64,000 nucleotides of DNA from the IMG/VR virus record IMGVR_UViG_3300046524_000574; one strand, given 5' to 3'. The position numbers and the translations under genes were made by a program. Positions within the stretch are counted from its first letter, which is position 1, and every line of letters starts with the position of its first letter. The DNA comes from an uncultured virus (IMG/VR IMGVR_UViG_3300046524_000574) (Duplodnaviria > Heunggongvirae > Uroviricota > Caudoviricetes). Shown here piece by piece: positions 45,162-55,406 of the stretch. The notes below the pieces were generated by a model. It did not search any database. It had not been told where the DNA came from and worked only from the letters and a program-made list of their open reading frames with translations.

Positions 45162-47330
45162 ATGATTTCCTCGAGTTCCTTGGCTAAGCCACCAGCTACA
45201 GCACCCAGTTCCGTCGCAAATATGTTGCGCATGCTGTCCGGGCAGTACGTGAGGCAATTCGCAACTCAGTTCACCACGATTGACTTCATCGCGCATTTCC
45301 AGCTGACAGCGCTCGAGGGCTATCAGCGCCTGAATGAGATGGCAGAAGACGGACTTATCGCGAGTGTTGCAGGTTCTGCTGGCGAAAAATGGCAACTGAC
45401 GAGAGATGGCGCGTACGTTTTCAGCCCTAACAAGAAGCGCCTAACAAGGAGATTCATAGCCGACGTTAAGGCATGCCTCGTCGCGATTGGCCCAGAGCTG
45501 TTGCGGCAAGGCGCGGCGGAGCTGAGCGTAGGTGGGCGGTTGATTGAGGGGAAGTCGAGCGGACATCTCCTGATTGGCCTTCGGCTGCGACACGCACCGT
45601 TCGACTCTACGCTCGACTTGGGATTACTGTTGCAGCTTTGCACCGCGATTGATGGAGCCGCAGGACAAGTCGGGTACGAGATTATGATGTTTGCGGATAG
45701 GGTGCCTCTTCGAATGCGGAGCCGCGTCGTCGTGGCGGTTGGCGACCCGCGGGCCGAAATCAGCGCGAGGGTAGACGTCATTGACGAAGACGAAGCGGAC
45801 CAGTCCGGTTGGCGTGAAAAGTTACGCACAATGTATAACTTCGATAAGGACAACATCCGGTGGGCTCGTTCTGAAAAACTGCCGTGGGGCTTACAAAATT
45901 CGTTGCAGCTTGCTCACTTGGCCGAACCATTGCCCATCTGCGGGGTCGCATCAACTTGGCGGCCCGACGAACGCGTCGTTATCAGTTATTGCAAAGAACA
46001 TTGCCCAACGACAGTTGAAGACCTTCCTCCTTATTTCTGGGAATCGTGGTCGCCTAGGCTTTTTGCTACGCTTGAATTTAAGGCCTTAGCCAATACGCTG
46101 CCTACATTCTGTAAAAAGCTTGCCGAACGCAAGAAGCGAAATTTGGCCCGAAGTGATAGTTTCCTTTATCCCTTGCTTGAGGTTGCCCAAGAGGAATCAA
46201 GCATGGAATGGCTCGCCGCTCGAGCTCTCATTTATTATCGTTCAGCGCTCAAAGAGAACAGAGAAAGCAAGGAGGAGGCGAATCGAACAAAGCCAAAACT
46301 GGTGCCGTATTACCAGCTTTTTTTCGACACGCTCAATTTCCCTGAGCCTATCCTGGTCGGGATGGTCCGACAACCAGCAGGCAATCATGCCCGCGTGAAT
46401 GAGTTTTTAGAGGAATGGGACGGGGTGCTGCAAGGCTTTAAGCATATCCCGGCGACCGTTTTACGTGAATCTGGCTACTATGCTGGAGAGCTTTCGCTTG
46501 ATGTTCGGGACGCGACGCTCGAGGAGCGGAAGCTTTTCGACGAGCTGTGCAAGCGGGAAGGCATCCTTTTTCGGTCAATGCTGTTTATGCCCGACAAGAG
46601 CATGGTGTGCAGAAGATTCGACCGCCGCGATTTCTCACGAGTAGAGTTGCAGACACCTCCGCTTTTTCTCAAAGCAGAGCTGGGTCGCCCTGTGTACCCC
46701 CGGCTCGTCTCTGCTTGGGAGGAGAGGGGCAACAAACCCTTGGCCGAGGTGATTCAGACAGCCCCACCTCTGCTTAGGGAGGTGCTGGAAGCGAATGTCG
46801 TGTCGCTGAAGGCGGCATCCATGAGCAAGTTCGCAGTGGGCGCTACGTTGAAGCCATGCATCGACCGAGTGGTTCTCGCATCAGGACTTCTCGACGCGTG
46901 GACGTTTTCGTCGACGCAAGAAGGCGAATGGGCGGCTCGTGCGGGACGGGATGACTGGAGGCTCGTACTTACTGCCAGCGGAGAGGCTCTCCACCTTACC
47001 GTGGTATTGGGTACCCAGGCAACGAGCTATAGTCTCGCATCGCCTAAACCACGCTTTCGCACGGAAAGTCGACCCTACGACAATACGCTTGGAGCGTTGA
47101 TGTCCTTTTTCGATGGAGTGCGAACGCTGTGCCAGGAGGGTACTGGCACAGCCTTGGCGAAGGTCGGCGCCGGTCCGGGAGAAGCGGGCGACGTCAAAAA
47201 GCTCCGAGTGCTCTCGGAGATACTTTGCAATGCACTTCACGGCCACCAGTCGTCGTGGGGGATGATGCTTATTGATTGGCCCTACTTCCCGCACGAGGGT
47301 AAAGAAGAGGTTGCCTCGAACGCAGAATAG
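45162..47330 (+). CDS. Large hypothetical protein, N-terminal winged-helix-like region
   Basis: 722-aa ORF, visibly more AT-rich than neighbours; LNEMAEDGLI...WQLTRDG resembles a wHTH. Confidence 0.65.
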   Translation: MISSSSLAKPPATAPSSVANMLRMLSGQYVRQFATQFTTIDFIAHFQLTALEGYQRLNEMAEDGLIASVAGSAGEKWQLTRDGAYVFSPNKKRLTRRFIADVKACLVAIGPELLRQGAAELSVGGRLIEGKSSGHLLIGLRLRHAPFDSTLDLGLLLQLCTAIDGAAGQVGYEIMMFADRVPLRMRSRVVVAVGDPRAEISARVDVIDEDEADQSGWREKLRTMYNFDKDNIRWARSEKLPWGLQNSLQLAHLAEPLPICGVASTWRPDERVVISYCKEHCPTTVEDLPPYFWESWSPRLFATLEFKALANTLPTFCKKLAERKKRNLARSDSFLYPLLEVAQEESSMEWLAARALIYYRSALKENRESKEEANRTKPKLVPYYQLFFDTLNFPEPILVGMVRQPAGNHARVNEFLEEWDGVLQGFKHIPATVLRESGYYAGELSLDVRDATLEERKLFDELCKREGILFRSMLFMPDKSMVCRRFDRRDFSRVELQTPPLFLKAELGRPVYPRLVSAWEERGNKPLAEVIQTAPPLLREVLEANVVSLKAASMSKFAVGATLKPCIDRVVLASGLLDAWTFSSTQEGEWAARAGRDDWRLVLTASGEALHLTVVLGTQATSYSLASPKPRFRTESRPYDNTLGALMSFFDGVRTLCQEGTGTALAKVGAGPGEAGDVKKLRVLSEILCNALHGHQSSWGMMLIDWPYFPHEGKEEVASNAE

Positions 47331-47411
47331 GGTGAGGAGGCCGAGGCATTGCCGAGGTCGACGCAATTGCCAAGCCGTTTTTTGACTACAATTCGTGCTT
47401 CAGCACCCTGC

Positions 47412-47437
47412 AAAGCGACTCAATGAGTCGCTTTTTT
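47412..47437 (+). terminator. Intrinsic terminator
   Basis: aaagcgactca-a-tgagtcgcttt plus T run. Confidence 0.75.
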
Positions 47438-47558
47438 ATTGCCGGTTTCACTTGGCAAGTCGCCCAATAAATGTTAGGCACGTATTGGCGTAACTTTTCG
47501 TTATATGATATACTGCGTCTCAACAGTTAACAAAGCATCATCTTGCGAAGAGACAGCC

Positions 47559-48044
47559 ATGAACTTCTTCACCCGTATCGACTACATGACCCTGAAGCCG
47601 GGCAACAAGACCGCGGGCTTTTTCCTCGCGGTCGCGGTTTTGGCGCTGAAGACGCTCAGCACGGTCACCGTTACGGAAGAGGAGCATGCTCGCCTGGTCG
47701 AGGATGCGCGCACGCGAGTTCGACGCGCGGAACTGATTCCCGAGGAGCTCGCGAATGGTTGCGGCTTCGAGCTGCTGACCGGCGGAGTTCCGCGGTACTT
47801 CTGGGTGGACCAGATGTTCAGCGGCAGCCTGGGCGCCAATCCTGAGGAGCTGGACAAAATCTCGAGGCCCGACCAGGTGGAATGGCTCGGGGATGAGCTG
47901 ATGTATACACCGCATAACGTAGATGCGCCGAAGCAGGCGTTGGTGCTCATGATTCTCGTCCAGACCTGGGCGGAGTGGGCATGGGGCAAAATTCTGGTCG
48001 CGGAGCACGAACTACTGCGGCAGGAAAAGGAGAGCAAGACATGA
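47559..48044 (+). CDS. Hypothetical protein
   Basis: Overlaps next gene by 4 bp. Confidence 0.6.
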   Translation: MNFFTRIDYMTLKPGNKTAGFFLAVAVLALKTLSTVTVTEEEHARLVEDARTRVRRAELIPEELANGCGFELLTGGVPRYFWVDQMFSGSLGANPEELDKISRPDQVEWLGDELMYTPHNVDAPKQALVLMILVQTWAEWAWGKILVAEHELLRQEKESKT

Positions 48045-48259
48045 CCGTTCGACGGCTCGATGACATCCGCGCGGCCGCCCTGGGTGTAGGCGGCGCGCTG
48101 GCGGTGTATTACGGCTTTGCCGCAACTCAGGTGCTTGCTGGCAACAGCTCGCTGGACCGGCCGGCGACCTGGCTGGGACTCGTCGCAGGTGTTTCTGCTC
48201 TGGGATGGGTACTGATGTCGCGCATCTCGGTGCGGCGCCAGAACCAGGCAGACCTGTGA
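48041..48259 (+). CDS. Small two-helix membrane protein
   Basis: AGGAG RBS, ATGA overlap. Confidence 0.55.
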   Translation: MTVRRLDDIRAAALGVGGALAVYYGFAATQVLAGNSSLDRPATWLGLVAGVSALGWVLMSRISVRRQNQADL

Positions 48260-48354
48260 TGCAGCTGAACCGCGCCAACGGCTTTTGCGACAGGCTCGTC
48301 AAGGAACGAGACGCTCGAGCCGCGGCGCCGGCAGAAGCCCATATGCAATGACTA

Positions 48355-48379
48355 ACGGAGGCTTCTGCCTCCGTTTTTT
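48355..48379 (+). terminator. Intrinsic terminator (GGAGGC-ttct-GCCTCC)
   Basis: Stem plus T run. Confidence 0.75.
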
Positions 48380-48420
48380 ATTCGATGACTGTTTTTTGAG
48401 CAGATAAGCAGGAGAGGGTA

Positions 48421-48681
48421 ATGAAAGAGAAGTACATCAATGAGGCTTACCCCGAATGGATGGTGTTCGGCACCTATCCGGATGGAGACGTCAATCTGAC
48501 TGACGCTAACAGCACCTTCGACGCTCAGATGTCGCAGTCCGCCGCGGACGCCATCATGAAGCAGCATCAGGTTCTGTATCGTGCATTCGTGCGTATGGCG
48601 TCTGCCTTCGAAGACGCCGCTCCCGAAGCATTCAGGCAGTTTTGGTACGAAGGCGGCCGCACCGGTACGTCGACGTCGTAA
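48421..48681 (+). CDS. Hypothetical protein
   Basis: GGAGAGG RBS. Confidence 0.6.
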   Translation: MKEKYINEAYPEWMVFGTYPDGDVNLTDANSTFDAQMSQSAADAIMKQHQVLYRAFVRMASAFEDAAPEAFRQFWYEGGRTGTSTS

Positions 48682-48889
48682 AGCGCTTTCGCAGTACCTC
48701 CTTCCGCAGCACCACCTTCCTTCTGGGCAATCGCGCCAGCGCCGCGCGATTCTGCCGACTCCCGATTCCTATACTCAATGTCGTGACTTGACAGAAAACG
48801 TTAACTACTATCTGTCGGTCGCTCTAAGCGCTCAAATTGTGGTATACTACTTGCGTCCAATTTAAACCTTCGTAAGTGTAATTCGCACC

Positions 48890-49324
48890 ATGCCTAACAC
48901 CACCCTGCGTATCCTGCCGACGTTCGCCTGGCACACGGCGCAGCTGCTGAGTTTTCAGCACAATGGCCAGGGCCTGCCCCGTAGCGGCAGCCCGGCGTTG
49001 ATGCTTATGGTGGGACTGAAGCTGGCGCTGACCTGCATGGTTATCACGCTGATGATGCCTGAAGTAGGGGTGGTATCTGGTTTCCTGAAGTCGCTCATGG
49101 CTGTTGCCGCGCTCTATGCGTGCGCCAGCGCTTCGCGACGGTTTTACGCGTTCTCGGGCTATCTGTTGCTGTGGTCGGGAGTCGATGTCGGTCTGCTGGT
49201 ATTGAACCTGGCGGTCGACCACGTCCCGGAGGCATTCATCACGACCTGCTATGCCTGGGGTCTTTCAGCTTTTATCGTGCTGCTCATGCGGGCAGCGACA
49301 CTACATGAGAAAAACACAAGTTAA
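48890..49324 (+). CDS. Four-helix membrane protein
   Basis: Hydrophobic segments; TG-G-TATACT extended -10 at 48840-48848. Confidence 0.6.
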   Translation: MPNTTLRILPTFAWHTAQLLSFQHNGQGLPRSGSPALMLMVGLKLALTCMVITLMMPEVGVVSGFLKSLMAVAALYACASASRRFYAFSGYLLLWSGVDVGLLVLNLAVDHVPEAFITTCYAWGLSAFIVLLMRAATLHEKNTS

Positions 49325-49360
49325 CAATCGCGCTCTGGCGCTCCATGGAGAGGTGCGCTG

Positions 49361-51376
49361 ATGCTTCGCCGCAAGATTTCCTCTAACGACAGCCTGAACG
49401 GCGTCAGCCTAAGCGTCGCCCCCCGCAGCCAGGGCCCTGCTCATCTACCCGTCGTCAAGCCGCATGTGAAGGTCGCGGCCCTCTCGGGTACCGTCTCTCT
49501 CAATCCCCGCGGTTTTGGCTTCATCACTGGCACCGACGGCGAGTCGTATTTCCTGCGCGCAAACCTCGCGCGGTTCCTCCTCACCGGTGACACGGTCCGC
49601 TTCATTCCGCTCGAGGGCGGCGATGGCGACAGCCGTGAAGTGCGTGCGCTCTCTTCGGTCTCGCGGCCGGCAGGGCGCCTGCTGTGCGAAGTGCACCAGG
49701 TGGCGGACCTCACGCATCTGGTTCCGGATGACCCGTGCTTCCTGCCGTTGCAGCTCGCCGACGGCGGAACGGCAGCGTTTGCACCGGGCGATGTCGTCTC
49801 CGTGCGCGTGCCCGCCTACGAAGGCGCGCCTATCGCGCGGCCGCTCAACGTAACGGTCGAGCGCAATCTGGGCCCGCGTACGCGGCCTGGTTTTGACCTC
49901 GACTACGCACGCGTGCGCTTTCAGTTCGACGAAGTGATGTCGGCGGACCTCGAGGCGCTGCGCGGACTGGGGGCCAGCCAGGTCGATTGGGAGGGTGGCA
50001 ACGAAGCGCCCTTCGTGACTATCGACGGGGAGAGCACGCGCGACTTCGACGACGCGGTCTACGGCCGCCCGCTGCCGCAAGGTGGCTGGGAGGTCCAGGT
50101 GGCCATCGCTGATGTCTCCTGGTATGTGACGGAAGGCTCTGACCTCGATTTGTGGTCGGCCAAGCGCTGCACGTCGCTCTATCTGCCGGGCCGCACGTAC
50201 CCGATGTTGCCTGAAGGTCTGTCGACGGACCGTTGCTCGCTCGTTCCGGGTAAGCCGCGGCGCGTTGTCGTGCTCAAGCTCGAGCTCGACGCCGCCGGCA
50301 ACGTGCTCTCTACGGAGCTCGAGCGTACGCTCATCGAGTCGGCAGCCCGCCTGACTTACACGCAGGTCGCAGGCTTCATGGCGAACAAGCCGGACGTTCG
50401 GTTCGCCATGCCAGTTGAACACAGCCTGGCGGCACTGACCGATGTCTACCGCGTGCTCTCCGAGCGTCGCGAGCAGGCGGGGCGCCTTGATTTCGACGAG
50501 CCTGAGCCGACGATGGTGCAGGCCGAGGATGGTACCTGGTCATTGAAGTGGGAAAGCCGTAACGACGCGCACAAGCTCATCGAAGAGCTGATGCTGCTCG
50601 CGAACCGCACCGCGGCCGCGATGCTCATCAAGCGCTACGGCGCGGGGCTCTTCCGCTTCCAGCCGGCGCCGGATGCGCAGGCCTGGGGAGAGCTGAAGGA
50701 ATGGGCGTTCGCGCACAGCTACACGCTGCCCGATGCGCCGAGCCTTCGCGCGATGTCGGAGCTCGTGTCGTCGCAGCCGGATGCCGAAGCGCAAGCTGCG
50801 GCGTCGCTCAAGATTCGCTCGGCGATGCAGCCGGCGCGCTACGTGGTTCAGCGCAGCACCGAGCAGGGCGGTCACTTCTCGCTGAGCGTGGACTGGTACA
50901 CCCACTTCACGAGCCCGATTCGCCGCTACGCGGACCTGCTGGTCCATCGGCTGCTGCTGGCGCCGGAAGGCCATCAGCTGTCGGCGGCGGACTGGGCAAC
51001 ACTGTCCACGCAGGTGGAGCACTGCTCCGAACGCGCGCACGGGGCCCGCCTCGCTGAGCGTATGGTCTGGGACCGCCTGAAGCTGCAAAGCTTCATGAGC
51101 GCGAACTCGGTCGACGATGTCGTGGCTGCACGCATCGTGCGCACCAACCAGCGTGGTCTTCGCGTGGTGGTGTCCGGCTGGCAGTGCAGTGCCTGGCTGC
51201 CTGCGGCGGACCTGCGCGAGAACGGGCATCAGTGGCTCGACGATGTCTGGGTGGGTGGCGAGCCGGGAGCGGCGCGCGTGCTCAATGAGGGCGTTCAGGT
51301 CGCGGTTTCCTGGACCTCACTGTCTCTGGCTCGGCCTGCATATCCCGAGCTGCAGGTGAAACTGAACAGGGGGTAA
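49361..51376 (+). CDS. RNase II/RNase R family exoribonuclease (RNB domain)
   Basis: Cold-shock domain (PRGFGFI), FVTIDGESTRDFDDAV catalytic motif, VAIADVS, AHKLIEELMLLAN, YTHFTSPIRRYADLLVHR. Confidence 0.92.
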   Translation: MLRRKISSNDSLNGVSLSVAPRSQGPAHLPVVKPHVKVAALSGTVSLNPRGFGFITGTDGESYFLRANLARFLLTGDTVRFIPLEGGDGDSREVRALSSVSRPAGRLLCEVHQVADLTHLVPDDPCFLPLQLADGGTAAFAPGDVVSVRVPAYEGAPIARPLNVTVERNLGPRTRPGFDLDYARVRFQFDEVMSADLEALRGLGASQVDWEGGNEAPFVTIDGESTRDFDDAVYGRPLPQGGWEVQVAIADVSWYVTEGSDLDLWSAKRCTSLYLPGRTYPMLPEGLSTDRCSLVPGKPRRVVVLKLELDAAGNVLSTELERTLIESAARLTYTQVAGFMANKPDVRFAMPVEHSLAALTDVYRVLSERREQAGRLDFDEPEPTMVQAEDGTWSLKWESRNDAHKLIEELMLLANRTAAAMLIKRYGAGLFRFQPAPDAQAWGELKEWAFAHSYTLPDAPSLRAMSELVSSQPDAEAQAAASLKIRSAMQPARYVVQRSTEQGGHFSLSVDWYTHFTSPIRRYADLLVHRLLLAPEGHQLSAADWATLSTQVEHCSERAHGARLAERMVWDRLKLQSFMSANSVDDVVAARIVRTNQRGLRVVVSGWQCSAWLPAADLRENGHQWLDDVWVGGEPGAARVLNEGVQVAVSWTSLSLARPAYPELQVKLNRG

Positions 51377-51379
51377 CCG

Positions 51380-52069
51380 ATGATGGCTATCCCGATGATT
51401 CGGCGTTCCACGTTCTCGGCGCGGCTGACGAGCCTGCTCTCCGGGGTGCTGATGAGCGCAATCGCGCTCGCGAGCATCCCGGGATTCGACTACACGACGC
51501 ACCTGCCTTTCGGTCTCGAGCGCACACAAGTCGAAGTGGCGACCCAGGTTCCTGATGCGAGGCCCGTCCCGCAGACGACGGCTCCTTTCAACCAGGGCAC
51601 GATGGCGAACTATCTCTCGCGCGAATGGAACCTGGATGGCTCCTACGCCAGCCAGGTCGCATCAGCTTTCCTCTCGGCCTCCCAGCGGCACGGCGTGGAC
51701 CCGTTGCTCCTCATGGCGGTGGCGGCGACCGAATCGTCGTTCAACCACAAGGTGGGCAACCCCGGTGGCGGCCAGGACCCGATGAAGCCCTTCGGCATCA
51801 TGCAGGTGGCTGGGCGCTACCACACGGGCCTCTTTCCCGGCGGCAACGTGAAGGCGACCTCCGTCGGCGAGAACGTTGACATCGGTGCTCAGGTACTCAA
51901 GGAGTATCTCGCGAACGAGGGTGGCAACGAGCGGCGCGCGCTCTTGCGCTACAACGGTTCGCTCCACGTGAGCGACAAATATTTTCGGCGCGTGAATGAA
52001 CTGAAGCGCCGGTTGATGCGGGGCCTGTCGGCACAGCGCGACATCGACGGAGATGCTGAGCCAGCCTGA
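51380..52069 (+). CDS. Lytic transglycosylase (SLT domain)
   Basis: VDPLLLMAVAATESSFN, GIMQV, NVDIGAQVLKEY, ALLRYNG. Confidence 0.9.
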   Translation: MMAIPMIRRSTFSARLTSLLSGVLMSAIALASIPGFDYTTHLPFGLERTQVEVATQVPDARPVPQTTAPFNQGTMANYLSREWNLDGSYASQVASAFLSASQRHGVDPLLLMAVAATESSFNHKVGNPGGGQDPMKPFGIMQVAGRYHTGLFPGGNVKATSVGENVDIGAQVLKEYLANEGGNERRALLRYNGSLHVSDKYFRRVNELKRRLMRGLSAQRDIDGDAEPA

Positions 52070-52176
52070 GCACTTGAGTACAAACGCAATCCCAAATAGA
52101 CGGCAGCCCACGGGTTGCCGTTTTCTTTTGCACACCAGAGTTTACGTCGGGCTGGAAACGAGAGTTTGAAAAGCAG

Positions 52177-52204
52177 TTGCGAAAAGTCTATTTGATGTTA
52201 TACT
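52177..52204 (+). promoter_or_regulatory. Sigma70-type promoter upstream of the HU gene
   Basis: TTGCGA-16-TATACT with TG extended -10. Confidence 0.55.
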
Positions 52205-52265
52205 AATTCTCATCGCAGTCGAACAAGTCTCTGCGACCCGAAACCAACACTGGAGTAACACTAGC

Positions 52266-52553
52266 ATGACCACCCCGACGTTCAACATGAAAGACCTGTC
52301 CGATGCAGTCGCCGGTCGTTTCGACCTGACGCATCAAGCCGGCGCCGAAGTCGCGCGCTTCGTGTTCGACCGAATCAAGGACGAACTGGCAGCAGGCAAG
52401 CAAGTCCGTCTGCACAAGTTCGGCACGTTCGAAGCGCGTCAGCGCGCAGCCGGCGTTGCACGCAATCCAGTGACGGGCGACCGCATTACGGTCCCGGCAC
52501 GCCGCGTGGTCAAGCTGACGGTGTCGCCGGCACTGAAGGGCGCGCTGCACTGA
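52266..52553 (+). CDS. HU/IHF-family histone-like DNA-binding protein
   Basis: V.LHKFGTFEARQRAAGVARNPVTGDRITVPA. Confidence 0.92.
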   Translation: MTTPTFNMKDLSDAVAGRFDLTHQAGAEVARFVFDRIKDELAAGKQVRLHKFGTFEARQRAAGVARNPVTGDRITVPARRVVKLTVSPALKGALH

Positions 52554-52674
52554 GCAGTTCATCGTTGTAGGCCAGGCGCGTTCTGCGTCTGGCACCGCCC
52601 CCATTTCTCGCTATACGGTTTGCTGGCGCTACGCAGGTATCGCCGTATTTCCACCATAGAAGGAGCTCACACAC

Positions 52675-53436
52675 ATGAAGTTGAAACATCTGGCCGTTGC
52701 TGCATTGGTTGGTCTGGGTCTTGCCGGTTCCGCGATGGCGGCCGACAGCCTGGCTGGCATGAAGGCGCTGGCCCAGTCGGAAAATGGCCTGACCGTGTCC
52801 GGTGACGTGCACGCGCAATCGTCGTATCAGTATCGCGGCGCGCAGTTCTCGGACGGCAACCCGTCCATCGGCGCGAGCATCACCGCACGCCACTCGTCGG
52901 GCCTGTACGGCACCATCGAGAGCGACACGGTGAACCTGACGCCGGGCGCCTCGAACCTGCATCAACTGCAAAACCAGCTGACGGTCGGCTACGACTTCCA
53001 TCTGCCCCACGACGTGACCGTCGGCGGCGGTTTCACCCGCAACATCTTCACGGGCCAGAACCACGTGAACGACCTGTCGTTCAGCGAGGCGTTCGTCGGT
53101 GCCGAGTGGAATGGTTTGACCGCGAAGGTGTCTACCGTCATCGAAAGTGCGTCGCTCCCCGTAGCGGGCTACCAGACCGGCGATACGTACGCGCAAGTCG
53201 GCTACACGTACAACCTGGGCAAGTTCAGCCTGGGCGGTGACGTCGGCTACGGCCTGCACAACCACGCGGACGTGGGCCAGAAGGATGGCCTCTCGCTCGC
53301 GCAGGTGCGTGTCGGCTACGCATTCAACAGTCAGGTTGACGTCGGCGTGACGTACCAGTTCGCGGGTAACGACGCGTACGGGTTCACGAACACCGGCACG
53401 CACAAGGTCTTCGGAACGGTCGGCTACAAGTTCTGA
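52675..53436 (+). CDS. Outer-membrane beta-barrel protein, TorF/Gcw_chp-like putative porin
   Basis: Signal peptide, SSYQYRGAQFSDGNPSI..HSSGLY, alternating beta strands, C-terminal GYKF; AGGAG RBS. Confidence 0.75.
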   Translation: MKLKHLAVAALVGLGLAGSAMAADSLAGMKALAQSENGLTVSGDVHAQSSYQYRGAQFSDGNPSIGASITARHSSGLYGTIESDTVNLTPGASNLHQLQNQLTVGYDFHLPHDVTVGGGFTRNIFTGQNHVNDLSFSEAFVGAEWNGLTAKVSTVIESASLPVAGYQTGDTYAQVGYTYNLGKFSLGGDVGYGLHNHADVGQKDGLSLAQVRVGYAFNSQVDVGVTYQFAGNDAYGFTNTGTHKVFGTVGYKF

Positions 53437-53460
53437 CCATCGCAGGCGGCTGTAAGCTTC

Positions 53461-53500
53461 AAAAAACCCACCATTTGGAATGGTGGGTTTTTTGTTTTTT
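53461..53500 (+). terminator. Intrinsic terminator
   Basis: aaaaaacccaccatt-tgg-aatggtgggtttttt. Confidence 0.8.
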
Positions 53501-53564
53501 GACTGTGGTATAGCGAATAGCATCACGAAAGTCGATTAGCACGCCGTCTGGTCAGGTGTTCTCG

Positions 53565-53619
53565 TTGTAGGACAGTAACGATTGTCAAGTAGCACAAATT
53601 CATCGGATTTGTCCTACAA
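53565..53619. promoter_or_regulatory. Inverted repeat upstream of the two-component operon
   Basis: TTGTAGGACA (53565-53574) ... TGTCCTACAA (53610-53619). Confidence 0.5.
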
Positions 53620-53858
53620 TAGTAGCAATTTGGAAGCGGGTCCAAAATCGTTAAAGTTTTGTAAAAACTTGCCGTTACCCTCAACTATCTTGTGACGCTT
53701 TGCGAACGTGCTTGAAGAGCATGATTGCCCGCCGGAATGGGGGTCAGAGTGCTCCAGAGTGCACGTCGGTAGTACGGCCTGGTGCCTTGTCGTACAAGTA
53801 GAAAAGGGTTAATCTTTTGTGTTTGAATCGGAGGGTTCGTCCTTCCTGGAACGTGCGT

Positions 53859-55355
53859 ATGGGTTTGCAGGCTTGGTTCGAACGGCTTGTGCCCCGGAAA
53901 AGCGGTACTGCTGTTGAGTCGTCCACATTCCCTGTCGAAGTATTCTGGCGGTCGGTATGCAGCCTCAAGCAGCCTGTGTTGCTTGTAACCGGTGCGAGCG
54001 TGCTGAAGGTTCTGGCTGCAACTGAAGAGGCGCATGCGCTTCTTGGTTGCAGCAATGCGGCGGAAATCAGCAATCTGGTTCACAGCGGGCTTGACCCGCA
54101 TACGCTGTCGCGTATACAGATTGCTGTTGCGAACCCGGGCAACATCGTGAACGACCTGCCTATCCGTATGCAAACCTCGGATAACTACGTCACGGTCAAT
54201 GTTTCGGTATCGGCGCTGCCGGAGTATCCCGAGAAGAACGCCGCGCTGCTGTTTCTGAAGGACAGCAAGGACTCGCTGTATCCGGCCTGGTCGAGTCTTA
54301 CTCGCGACCTCTTGTCGGTTATGCCGCATCCGTGCTGGGTCGTCGATGCGGCGGGCAGCACTGTGTTTTCGAACGCGGCGTTTGGTGGCTCTCCGATGGA
54401 TGTGTTGCGCGCACGCACGTCTGCTAGCCAGAGTCGCGACCTGGCGGAGCTTGAGCAGCTGGGCGCGTTGCGGGCGGACTTGAAAGACCGTCCGGCGCAG
54501 GTGCGCAATGGGGACTCGATTGCCTCGCACATTTACGACCTCGGGGTCGACGGTCGCTGGGATGTTTTGCACTTTCCGCTGACGAGCCGGGATGGCGAGG
54601 GGTTTGTCGGCGTCATGGCGCTTTCACTTGAGCCGCGTGAAGGCATGCGCTACGTGATACAGAATGGGGCGCTCGGCAAGCAGGAGCTGCAACGCATGCT
54701 TGCGGTGAAGGAAGCCGAACGCACGATGCTTGCACGCGAAATACACGACTCGCTGGGCCAGCAGTTTACGGTGCTCAAGCTTGCCATGCGCCGGCTGGAC
54801 AAGCTGGTGCTGGGGTCGAACACCGCGTCCGCGGAAGCGGTCCAGCAGTTCCAGTCCGTGCGTGCGCTGGTCGACTCGCTCGCCAAGGCGGCGCGCCGTA
54901 TCGCGTTCGAGATGCGTGAAGATAACGTGACGCTGCAGGGTCTCGCGCATTCCATCCACGAGCTGGTGTCGGACCTGCGCACCCGACTCGGGATTCAGAT
55001 TCAGTTCGAGCTGGCGCCAGGCTTTGTGGAGCCGGAGCAGAAGTTGGCGCAGAACATGCACCGCAGCGTGCAGGAGCTGCTCAACAACGTGAGCAAACAC
55101 GCCAAAGCGAGCCGTTGTCTCGTGCGAATGGGCCTCGACGAGAACACATACTGGCTCGAAGTGCAGGACAACGGGGTGGGCATGCCGTCCCACCTGAAAA
55201 CGCGGTCGATGGGACTGCGCAGCATGAAAGAACGAGCGGACCTCTACGGCGGCAAGGTCATCTTCACGACCCGGCCTGACGTGGAGGGAACGCTGGCGCG
55301 TATGGAGCTGCCCGAGCGACGGATACCACCTGCGGGAGTACCAGCAGGGGAATAG
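53859..55355 (+). CDS. Cytoplasmic sensor histidine kinase, HisKA_3 (NarX/UhpB-type), PAS-like input
   Basis: ERTMLAREIHDSLGQ H-box, VQELLNNVSKHAKA N-box, VQDNGVG, MGLRSMKERA. Confidence 0.9.
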   Translation: MGLQAWFERLVPRKSGTAVESSTFPVEVFWRSVCSLKQPVLLVTGASVLKVLAATEEAHALLGCSNAAEISNLVHSGLDPHTLSRIQIAVANPGNIVNDLPIRMQTSDNYVTVNVSVSALPEYPEKNAALLFLKDSKDSLYPAWSSLTRDLLSVMPHPCWVVDAAGSTVFSNAAFGGSPMDVLRARTSASQSRDLAELEQLGALRADLKDRPAQVRNGDSIASHIYDLGVDGRWDVLHFPLTSRDGEGFVGVMALSLEPREGMRYVIQNGALGKQELQRMLAVKEAERTMLAREIHDSLGQQFTVLKLAMRRLDKLVLGSNTASAEAVQQFQSVRALVDSLAKAARRIAFEMREDNVTLQGLAHSIHELVSDLRTRLGIQIQFELAPGFVEPEQKLAQNMHRSVQELLNNVSKHAKASRCLVRMGLDENTYWLEVQDNGVGMPSHLKTRSMGLRSMKERADLYGGKVIFTTRPDVEGTLARMELPERRIPPAGVPAGE

Positions 55356-55406
55356 TGGGTCATTCCGCGGTATTACAACAACATAAAATTGAACGAGGGG
55401 TTTAGG

